Source: Mytilus edulis (Eukaryota). From it: a stretch of 64,000 bases of DNA. The notes under the pieces were generated by a model that was not told where the DNA came from, did not search any database, and worked only from the letters and a program-made list of their open reading frames with translations. Position numbers and translations under genes: made by a program. This document shows, in pieces, positions 13,901 to 25,800 of the stretch (position 1 is its first letter; each line of letters opens with the position of its first letter). The DNA is taken from positions 21,576,001-21,640,000 of the forward strand of contig NC_092354.1 of assembly GCF_963676685.1 (NCBI RefSeq), in the 5' to 3' direction.

Positions 13901-14333
13901 CAAAATAATATTTGCTGCTACTTTAAACGGGAAATTCCATTTAATTTCAATACAGTTTTTCAAAGATTTCTCACAGTACTGAACTTCTGAACCTATTCAT
14001 TCGGAACAAAGGAACTTAACTGTATAAAATGATATAATTGTAGATCAATTTCCATTGAATTTTCGGTGCCTTTTAAATAGTTCCTTTCTTGCATAATTAA
14101 TGTTAGGAAATTACAGGAGAAAGTCATTACACCTTCAATAAACCGAAAGTCTTAGTCATCATTCTCCGATAATTGATGTTTATAACGTTTTCCTGTAAGT
14201 TTTAAATGACCTTTAATTTTATTTTAACCTTGTCTTCCATCTTTTATGGACTATTAAAGCAATAATAAAGTGAAGTCAAATAGAGAAATAATAAATTGGT
14301 TTAAGGATAAAGTGTATCCGATAAATTATTTAA

Positions 14334-14725
14334 GGATGTTGGCTACTCTGTTAAAAAATAACAAGCTTTTTAAAAGACTGTTATGAATTGATAGTATATA
14401 AATAAAGAAACTAAAAAAGAAGAAGAAAAAAATGAAGGGTCCGTGTGCTCGTTTTCGAGATATAAGCCATTGAAAATTTGGCGGGAAATAAATTTCTCTA
14501 GATTTTTCATATATTTAACATTGGCACCTTATCTGTTTCAAAAGCTATGAAAAAATAACAAGAATTTTATAAAATTTTGAAATATGGCTTTTCAAGCTTT
14601 ATGTTATAAAATTATGAAAAGAAAAGTAGGTATTAGTGGGCAAATTTTTTAATGACAATACATGGATAAAACCAGAGGATTCCGAAAATCTGGCAAAAAA
14701 TCAAAAAATGGAGGAGCAAACATCC
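14334..14725. mobile_element. TTAA-flanked MITE
   Basis: ttaa|GGATGTTGGCT…AGCAAACATCC|ttaa. Confidence 0.75.
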
Positions 14726-15240
14726 TTAACTCAATAGAGACGGCACAGAACACACGAGGGAGTTAACTCTTTTAAAATCAGCTGAACGTTTTAATCACAT
14801 ACTATTAGTAAAGAAAAATCAAGCTTCTCAATTATCACAATACGTGTTTTTCAAACTACGGTATATTTACGAATTCATTCCTGTAAATTATGTGCTTTCA
14901 CTTTTTATTAACTTTTCAACAGGTCAGAGGTCATATTTTGTCAAAATTTTAAAATTAAACTTTACTTGGTAGCTGAATTCACGCTACAATCTAGACATAA
15001 GGTAACGACCATTCTAATTTTTATTGGGGGCATGGGCCTTTCTCGTGACGGTATTTTTTCTCTCACGCAATAGTCGGGTCAAAATAAGATAGCATATTCA
15101 TAAAAATTAAGACACAACAATGAAATACGGCATATTACCTACAAGACATCAAATGTCTAAATATTCATATAACTAATAACTATAATTACTATGAAAAAGT
15201 CAATAAATCACTTCGAACATTGAATTATTACATATGTATA

Positions 15241-15400
15241 CAGTGAAACCTGACTAAACCGAACCCTTTCGGGACTTGATATTTTGCTCGGTTTCATCAG
15301 GTTCACAATGCATAAAATGTGATATGATTGGTCTTCAGAACAAGTTTGGATTAGACAGGTTTCTGGTTTATTCAGGGTTCGGTTTTATCAGGTTTCACTG
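15241..15400. mobile_element. 177-bp MITE copy (internal deletion)
   Basis: Same TIR and TA TSD. Confidence 0.9.
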
Positions 15401-17390
15401 TATAATTGAAAAATAGTTTGATCTATAAACAGTTATCTTTTGCATGTTCAATATCTGTTTTCCCCTCTAAGCGAATGTTAGAGGAAATATGGGATTTGAC
15501 TGATTAGTTGTTATTTTTGTGCAAACATTATATAAAATAAACAGTCGACCGTAGGCCTTAAAACATGACTACTAGTATATATGTCTGTCAAAGATAAAAA
15601 CTTTAAAAAGTTCAGAAAATTCACTATTCCTGTGAATAGTATAGTGTTCTGTAAACGTATGTACAAGAGAGACACAATATGAGGGGGAGAATAGGGGTAA
15701 GGGAGACAGGGAGAAAGGGGGTGGGAGAAAGGAGAAAGGAGAGGAAGGCTGGGAGAAAGGAGAAAAAGTTGGAGAAAGGAGAAAAAATAAAATATCTCTC
15801 CTTTTAAAAAAATTTCTAATATTTCAAGAAAAAATATCTCAAAAGGAGATGTTTTATTCTAATGGGAGAAAGGAGAACGGGGGTAGGAGAAAGGAGAAGA
15901 GGGGTGGGAGAAGGGAGAAGGGTACCCCCTGTCCCCCCTCAAATATACCAAAGGGATATTCAAACTCTGTAGCCAATGACAAACTGACAATGCAATGTCT
16001 TAAAGAATGACAAAGAAAATTCACTCAACAGTCAACTAAACACAACTAAAAAAACTTTAACTTAAAAAAAAACCTTGAGACATGCACCTAGCTGTCCTAA
16101 GTCAGGAACCTGATGTTAAGTGGTTGTCGTTTGTTGATGTGGTTCATAAATATTTCTCGCTTCTCGTTTTTTTTTATATATAATTTAGATCGTTGGTTTT
16201 TCCTGTACATATTTGGATGGTTTTCACTAGTCATTTTTTGGGCCCTTTATAGCTTGCTGTTCGATGTGAGCCAAGGCTCCGTGTTGAAGACCGTAATTTG
16301 ACCTATACATTTTTGTAATGGTTTACTTTTACAAATTATGACCCGGATGGAGAGTTGTCTCATTGGCACTTAAACCACATCTTCTTATATCTATGAACAA
16401 ATCCAACATTCATGGTTGAGCTAAGGTGCTTCGGATTGATGTTTTATCCAATCTAAATGCCTAGTATACAAGTTACAACTTCTATTTTCGGTCGTTGCTG
16501 TATAAAAAGTTTTCTTAGATGAAACAATTTGATAATTAGACGAACGCTCTTTGGAAAAGTTGAAAACCACTTGTTGTTTATTTACCTACTTTTTTTTTTT
16601 TATTATTTTTGTTGCTTATAGGTTATAAAATTGAATTGTTTCTATTTCTATTTCTATTTACATTGAATATCATTTTATGTTGATTTGCTCTGCTTTTACG
16701 ATATTCAAATGCAACTTTCGGCAATCCTCGGTAGAATCCGCTACTCTCGTACGGAATCGGCCGAGTTGAGACGAATGGCATGGCCATATGCACGAAACCT
16801 ACATTTGTTTTATACACGCTTGATAAAAAAGCTTATGTAAAGAAAAATAATGGTCACCGCACAGCCTTCAGCCATGAATAAACCCATCCCGCATAGTCAG
16901 ATATAAAGCCCTGAAATTACAAATGAAACAATATGGAAAATTAAAAAATTTATGTACCGTATAATTTACGAAAAACAAATTTAAAATACAACAACAAAAG
17001 ACAACAACTACCTATAGTATATTATAGACAAAAATGGCATGAGAAATTCAGAATGAGGACCACGAGGTCGAGTTTTATTACGGCATACTGGTAAACTGCA
17101 GCTTGTTTCTAATTTTAATCCTCTGTATTTTATTATTTATATGTAAACTATGTTTATTTTGCTGCAATAATGCTGCTGCTTATATATATTATTCATCCAT
17201 TCAATGTAATACTTCTTTGATTTTTGTTTTAAAATACTCCAGAATACTCTAAACCTTTTTAAAACCAAAATGACTGGTCAATACATGTACTTGTGCATCT
17301 ATATCCCCCATCAGTATTTTTCAAGGCTTTTCAACATTCCCATGTACATGTACATGTGCATAGTTTACAAATTGAAATCATAAACATGTA

Positions 17391-17567
17391 CAGTGAAACC
17401 TGACTAAACCGAACCCTTTCGGGACTTGAGATTTCGTTCGGTTTTGGCAGGTATTCGGTTTCATCAGGTTCACAATGCATAACATGTGATATGATTGGTC
17501 TTCAGAACAAGTTTGGATTAGACAGGTTTCCGGTTTATTCAGGGTTCGGTTTAATTAGGTTTCACTG
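17391..17567. mobile_element. 177-bp MITE copy
   Basis: Same TIR and TA TSD. Confidence 0.9.
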
Positions 17568-19544
17568 TATCTTCAAAACAGGGACTTTCTATAGTCTATA
17601 GTATAGAAAGTCCCTGTTCAAAATCAAAGCCATGACTTAGCAGGTTTAAATATAGATAAATAATTCAAACCTCAAAATTTCAAAAGTTAAAGAGCTAGGG
17701 GTCAACACGTTTATTAAAGGTTTCATTAGATTATGTATAGATAACATCAAACTTGGTATTGTTCCCTTCTTCGATAACTGTTGATAACGGATTATCTAAT
17801 CTTGAATTTATTCAAATGACCCCTGGTCATGTTTATACTATAAGTAATATTTATCATTTAAAATAAACAAACTGCTAGCACTGTCAACATAATATAAGAA
17901 GAGATAAATATGATTGCCTGCATGAAAGTCGGTGAAATGGCGGTCAAGTGTTTTTAGAATAATCTCCACAGCAAAACTTTAATATATGCAAATTTATGAA
18001 TAAAGCTATTGCGAGAATAACACGAAAGGACATAATGATAAACAAGTCAGTGAAAAAAAACAGTCAATTTGTTCCAGGGTTTTGTAATTTTGGCTCAACT
18101 TGTCAAAATAGACAAACTTCTAGCTAGCACTATCAACATACTACAAAAGAAAACAAAACACGTATCATTTGCTGCTTGAAAAATCGGTCAAGTGTTTTAG
18201 AATCAAGTCAATTTGGTCCGGGATTTTGCAGTTTTAGCTATAAAATCTTTCAACATAGACAAACTCCTAGCACTATCAACATAATACAAAAGGAAAAAAA
18301 TATATATAACGTATGATTTGCTACTTGAAGAAAAAAAATTCGGTCGAGTGATTTTAGAATAATATTCATCAGAATACTTTAAACCAAAATAAATGTTTGA
18401 AGCAAAATTATCAATAAAGCGACTGCGAGAATAAATACCGAAAAGGACCTACATTAAATGATAAACAGAACAATATCGTCAATTTGTCCCCAGGGAGTTG
18501 CAATCTTGGTTTAAAAAAAGAGGGACGAAAGATACCAAAGGGACAGTCAAACTCATAAATCTAAAACAAACTGACAACGCCATGGCTAAAAATGAAAGAG
18601 ACAAACAGAAAAACAATAGAACACATGACATAACATAGAAAACTAAAGAATAAACAGTGCTGACAAAAAAAAATATGAGCAGGAAATTTGGAAACAATTA
18701 TTATATCGTTTTCATTTGTTGAAAATTTTCGGATATTCAGTGCATGTAAATGTAGTTTTTTTCACAGAAACCCCATAGTAACAAACACGCTTCAGCAGTC
18801 CAATTGGGAAAACAAAGGGGAGAAATGGTGCATTATACATTAAAAAAAGATATTAAACTACCCATTAAAACTGTAAAAGACATCAAGATGTAAAAAAGGT
18901 CTTTAATGACCAACAAGTGTCCGTATCTCATATCAAACACTCTTCTAAATGTTCGACAACTAAATGACGTAGATGTATAAGCAACTATAGATCATCGCAC
19001 AGCTTTCAATAATCTGCAACACATATAAGGCACATGTACACTGATTTATTAAAACGAGAAAGCCAACGGCTGATCACGTGATTATTTGTTTGTTCCCGAA
19101 AGCATAATATCATGTGCACCCTCGGAATAAAGAGGTATTTTTTTTCAATTAAGATGCAACTTGGCTGTGCTAGCTTTTTACTATGTTTTAAGGAACGACT
19201 ATTTAACGTAAAAAAGGGGGGGGGGGGGGGTTATTGATTTTCTTCTAAAAAAAATCTGAATCTAGTTTTTCCCCATACCTTATACTGTTTAATTTGAAAA
19301 AAAAAATAATTGATACAATGATAGCGTTGAAAAAACTACACAAAACTGATCGCGTAAAGTTTTGATTTCATACACCAACGTCGTATACAGTTGTCGGCAT
19401 TGTCAAATAAGCACTACATGCAGCTATCCTTGTGTATAATACGGACTCATTCTTTTATATATTGTAAGATCGGTACCATTCCCGAACACGGCAAATGACT
19501 CTGCCATAGATATTTGCACTCTTGTTTACACGAACAATTAAGTT

Positions 19545-19757
19545 AAAAGGCTTTGTCGAATTTGTACTGTAGTTTACACGAGCAGGAAAGTAGTTTTGTC
19601 AAATATGTACTGTAGTTTCCACGAACAAATAAGAAGGCTTTGTCGAATCTGTACCATAGTTTTCCACGAACACGACACATTACTCTTCCATAGATTTTTG
19701 TACTGTAGTTTTCCACGGACAAATAAGTAGGCTTTGTCAAACCTGTACTGTAGTTCT
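19545..19757. repeat. ~43-bp minisatellite immediately upstream of exon 1
   Basis: ggctttgtcgaat.tgtactgtagtttccacg units, 5 copies. Confidence 0.8.
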
Positions 19758-19797
19758 ATCTAAATTTATCTTGTTCCTTTATAAATGTCACGAAACC

Positions 19798-19816
19798 ATG
19801 TCATTCCAAATCACAT
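19798..19816 (+). CDS. Exon 1 (MSFQIT, start of signal peptide)
   Basis: aaaccATG context; T|gtaagt phase-1 donor; joins exon 2 to give MSFQITYCVVFLFLNNLSAA. Confidence 0.65.
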
Positions 19817-22800
19817 GTAAGTCTCTTGTTTTTGTTTTTATTTGAAAATGTGCCATTTATAGAAGGAATTGTGTATGTATAAAAATATATGTGGCTGTGG
19901 TCGGAATCGTGGACGTGTACATATGTACGTCTGCAATCGTTGCGTCATAAGGTAATACAGATAAATGAAGAAAGTTCAAAAAGTACAGTTCAAGATCATT
20001 CAAGATCATCACATGTATTAGTAGTTATTAAAGGTACCAGGATTATAATTTAATACACCAGACGCGCGTTTCGTCTACATAAGACTCATCAGTGACGCTC
20101 AGATCAAAATAGATGTAAAACCAAACAAGTACAAATTTGAAAAGCATCGAGGATCCAAAATTCCCCAAAAAATATGCCAAAACGGCTAAGGTTATCTATT
20201 CCTGTGATAAGAAAATCCTTAGTTTTTCGAAAAATTCAAAGTTTTGTTTACAGGAAATTTATAGAATAAACGATATTTATGCCAACACCGAAGTGTGGCC
20301 TACTGGGCTGGTGATACCCTTTGGGACCGAACAGTAGTGTAAATAGTTATCAAAGGTACCAGGATTATAATTTAATACGCCAGAGGCGCGTTTCGTCTAC
20401 ATAAGACTCATCAGTGCAGATTTGACTTGAACATAAAGACTCTATTTAAATTTCAGCAATATGAAAATGTGGTTTGACTTAATCGAGGACGAGGATCTAA
20501 TTCCCTTTTTTGCACTTCATGTACATATACAGTGAAACCTGACTAAACCGAACCCTTTCGGGACTTGAGATTTTGTTCGGTTTTGGCAGGTATTCGGTTT
20601 GATCAGGTTCACAATGCATAAAATGTGATATCGATTGGTCTTCAGAACAAGTTTGGATTAGACAGGTTTCCGGTTTATTCAGGGTTCGGTTTTATCAGGT
20701 TTCACTGTAGTTACTTATAAAAACATTCCAAGAGCACACAGATTATGTAAAAAATGTGAAGTCCTAGATGATGAATTTCATTTCTTTTTGTATTGTGACA
20801 TTAACATATCTTTGCGTTCTAATCTTTTTGCTTATCTAAAAGACTATGTACCATTTTTCAACATCTTGATGCATTCAATAAACTTAAACACATTCTAAAC
20901 CCCATTCCTGAACTTGTTTGTCATATTTGAGTCTTCATTAAACAGTCTTTAGAACTGAGGGGGTCAGACCCGTGTCAGGCAAGGTTATGATGGTGTTTTT
21001 GATATATAAACATTTATAATTGAACTCTTAATGTTCTATTATTCTATATATTGTATTATATTGAATTTCATTGTATTGCATTGTATTACATTGTATTACA
21101 TTGTAGTGTATAAAATTATTGTTTGATTGTATTGCTTGACCCTTATGATCCCTTATGGGTGTAATTTTGCAATAAAGATTATTATAAAACGTTATTGATC
21201 ATACATTATCTAAATCTACTGAAAACCTAGGGGTTCCTTTATTTTTGTATTCTTCAATTTTTCAGACAATGTTCCTCTATTCATTGTGTATTTACCCATT
21301 ATAGTCTTCTGACTATTTTTTTGCATCCAATTATTCTCTATTCTTTATTGTTTCTGCCAACTTTTCTGTACCCCCCCACCACCTTTATTCTGCACTTTTA
21401 CTGAGCCAATTGGCCGTTTCAGAATCTAAAGCATCATGGGTAATTCCATCCAATTATTCTCTATTCTTTATTGTTTCTGCCAACTTTTCCGTACCTCCCC
21501 CCTTTATTCTGCACTTTTACTGAGCCAATTTACCGTTTCAGAATCTAAAGCATCATGGGTAATTTCATAGTTCGTACCCAAAATGAAAATAACGTCACGT
21601 CATTGGTTAAATTTCCATTGTTTATGACATTTTTAACCAATCAGGACGTTTTGGTGTACATTTTTGAAAATATTACCCAGGATGCATTAGATTCTGAAAA
21701 GGCGAATTGTTTATTATGTAAACCTCACCCAGACTCACAGTTATGTTGAAATTGTATGGTGCCATGAAGAAAAACATGAATTGCATTTCCTATACAGAGT
21801 TTGATTATTGTATAGTTTTACTTTCATATATTTTATTCATTTAGAATAAATAGAACACTATCCTAAAAAGGTGTACCTGTTCTATTGTCAACATTCTATA
21901 ACAAGATATGGATTCTATAATATAAAAGAACTATGAAAGAATTTACTTTCGTGTACTTTCATTTTTAAAATGTTTACGTACAGTATAAAGACAAAGTATT
22001 GCCATTTAAGAATTGAATGCTTCTTTTTGTAAATTTATTGGGGTGTAAAAGCGTTGACCGAAGTACATTTTGTATGAAGCGCGGCAGCAATGCAACTGCT
22101 TACGGAATAACACGTGATGTGCAGTTAGCCAATCAGAATAAAATATTATAATGAAACATACATCTAATGTAATCATGAACAAATATTACATCTTGTATTA
22201 AGAATTAGATATTTAATGAATAATATATGTTCTTTATTTAATTTAAGTTATTTTGAATAATTGCTTATTTTTGTACAACCTTCTGTGGTAACTAATTCGC
22301 GTATTCGTAGAACGAGAACACATTAAAATGGTAGCCTCTTGAAGGTGAGCGACTCGGATGAGAGGTGGAAATTTGGACTGCCACTGACAAATAAGGGTAC
22401 TTTTGATAAGGACCGATTTTTTTTCTTGTAATTGGCTACCTGTGGTTCCCGTAAAATATATTTCAATGATCTTTACGCACAAGAGAGTATGCTAATCATC
22501 TTATATGAGGTATCGAATTGCACGATCTCATTTCAAACGAAATGGTTGCATATTTTCACATCCCGCATAGCAAAACGCTGGCCAATTTAGTTGTATCCTT
22601 TATACGGCGAAACCGGTAACAATTTTGCCATCCCAATTTGCTTTCAGGGAAGTTTTATTATTCATTCATAGAGCATTTCCATTGTAGATTGTGTTGTTTT
22701 CCTTTTTTTGAACAACTTATCCGCAGCTGGTAAGTTTTAATGAATTTAATTATATTTGGCAACATTCTTGTTTACTGTATATTTAATTGAATTTGGCAAC

Positions 22801-25800
22801 TTTCTTATTTATTGTATATATAGTTAGTCGTATTTTGCAACATCCTTGTTAACTGTATAGTAAGTTGTATCTGGCAAATTCTTGTCTACTATATACTAGT
22901 AGTTAGTTGTATTTGGTAATTATTGTTCACTGTATAGTTACTTGTATTTAGCAATTTTCTTGTTTACTGTATAGCTAGTTGTATTGTATTCCGTGTATTG
23001 ATAGTTGCTGTCTTGAATACTGTCCAGTTCGTCACTGTCTTTATACAGTACAAAGGTAGTCGCAGGCCCGTAGCCAGGAATTTCTTTCAAAGAGGGGGGG
23101 GGGGTGTATTTGGACTCATGAACTCGACTTTAACAGTCACAATTTGAACAGAACGTTGACTTTAACAGTGCTTATTTGGTTGCAAAGGGGGGGGGTCGTC
23201 CGAACTCCTCGACCCCCCTGGTTACGGGTATGCAGTCTTAGATAGTTAGTTGCTTTGTGATATTGTTAGTTGATATATTTCCTACAGTATAGTAAGTTAC
23301 TGTATACTGTTGAATTTCTGAATCTCAAACACATTTAAATACTTTTATTTATTTTCGCAATGATTCGCAATATCTCGTTTTGTTTTCAAGCTGAGATTTT
23401 TTAACAAACTGTCATTTCAACAGCAGAACACGTACAATTTTCTAGTGATATTCCGGAGCCTGTATTTTAGTGGTTGTCGTTTGTTTATGTGTTACTTATT
23501 TGTTTTTCGTTCATTTTTTATTAAGATAAGGCCGTTAGTGTTCTCGTTTGAATTGTTTTACATTGTCATATCGTGGCCTTTTATAGCTGACTATGCGGTA
23601 TGGGTTTTGCTCATTCTTGAAGGCCGTACGGGTGACCTAAAGTTGTAAATGTCTGTGTCATTTTGATCTTTTGTGGACAGTTGTCTCATTGGCAATCATA
23701 CCACATCTTCTTTTTTATATATATATTTTACTCTAGGGAAACAAAATATTAAGATAAAAGTATGTTCATCTGTAAGCAGAAAATAAAATATTTGTTCATG
23801 GTATTATAAACGCTTCAAACTTGATTAAATCTCTATTTCAGACGGTGGGTTAACATGTTTGAGTTGTAAGCACATGGTACAGCCCGGCGATTGTTTCAAA
23901 CTGACGACATGTGGCGACCACGAGGTAAACATTCAGATAAACTGTGACTTTTAGACTAAGAACAGCAAACAAACGCTCTTATTTTGCTATTTGTGTTTAT
24001 GCTGTCATGAATGGATAGCGCATATCCGTTTTTTTCTTCTATGTTAAACGGTGTTTTGGTTTAGAATGAGAAATAAAATATCGGTGATAATGAAGAAAAC
24101 TGTTTCATATACTGTAAACCAACTTATTTTCGCGGATACTTTATTTCGCGTTTTACCCTTTCTTGACCACTTCGCGGCTATTTAATTTCGCGATTTTCTG
24201 ATTACTTGATGAAGTTTAATAAGGAAAGATCCATTTTTTAACAAATTCGCGAAAATAAATCGCTCGCGAAAATAAGTTGGTTTACAGTAAATGGATTGCT
24301 GAGCAGTTACTAAAAATCAGAGTAATTACAAAGCATTTAGAAAAGGTTAAAAATGCGCTTTGTGAACATTCATAAGTATCTATCTGAAAATAAGAAGTGA
24401 TTACCAATGAAACAACTGTCAATCAAACAACGTGGTACCTAACACCTTCACTAAAATTAATTTGGCTCGTTTAATTTTCTTAAAATTTTGACAAAGTATT
24501 TACTTTGACCCTTTGACAAAAATGTAAACAAAAATCCAAAAAATTGAACCAACCGTTTAATCAGAAAAATTACACTGGTTATATAGCAGTTTGACAATTA
24601 CTTATTTTGATCATTGGAAAGCTGAATATTCCCTTAAGAACACAGACGACGTGCACAAAGTTGACGGCAACTGTAAAATGCGCTTTTTAAATAGTTTTAT
24701 ACAACCGTCATTTTAATATTATTGAAAAACGTCATTAAAACGTTCTGCTGATTTATCTCCCTGTAGTGTTAGGTACCACCTTAAGGTCTTAATTTGTTCA
24801 ATACAATTTTATTTTATCTTACTTTATGAAAAACAAAAAATAACTGACATGCACCTACGACAAACGGCATTACAGGCTCCTGTCTCAAGCCAGATACATG
24901 CAAAATGTTAGCGAGCGTTGTTGATGACAATTGTAATTGAATTTTATGACAATGTGAAGGAAAAATGTGTGCTGTACTTATTGCTTTTGGGGAAGGTTAA
25001 CTTTCTGGTAGTAAGACCCGTCACGGCCAGGCTGGGAAACTGAATAGGCAAATGCTCACATTAAATCTGTACCGATACAGTGTGTTAAATGTCTTCCTAT
25101 TTACACCATAACCAATTGTGATGCTTCTACTAAAGGGGTGATAAATAGAACATGCATACATACCCCCCCCCCCCCCCCCAAAAAAAAAAAGAAAAAGAAA
25201 AAAAAGAGCAGTAGATACGAGCATCGCATGTTTAAAGATAGTCGGACGTATTTATCGAAGGAAAATTCTTTCAATATAATATACGTATCACAAAAACAAG
25301 AAAGCGCGTATACGTAACGTTTAATCACATAACAAATGCAGCCTCGGGATTCGATTTAAGGATTTCACCATACTTATATTATTTCAAAAATGATTCATTT
25401 CAGCAATGTTACTTGAGACGTTATGTGACGTCCTCCGGTACAACATGGTATGATGTTGGATGTTTAGATAATACGGTACGTATAGACTGGTACTAACCTT
25501 CTTTTTTTTTGGTTTTCTGGTACAATATTATAAGTTACAGGAACACACCCGTGATATCTCGGGTCCCTGACTGAATTAAAGTATATAACTATGCGTAAGC
25601 CTTATTTTGGTATTGGTATTGTCATCTGATAAAGTCATGCCGATTATAAGATACACAGTTTTTCTGCTTTCAAATCTTTCTGTTTGAACCCGTCGACCTG
25701 GAACTTATCAATTATTGGTAATATTAATTATTTGGAAAACAAAAGGTCCTGGAATGGAGTATTTAATCAACAGCATTGACCTATATAAGTTGTAAATAAA

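Noticed and set aside
19890-19951. Alternative first exon (ATGTGGCTG… after tataaaa)
   Set aside because: The strong donor there gives the wrong phase for exon 2. The 19798 exon has a better start context, a gtaagt donor and the correct phase.
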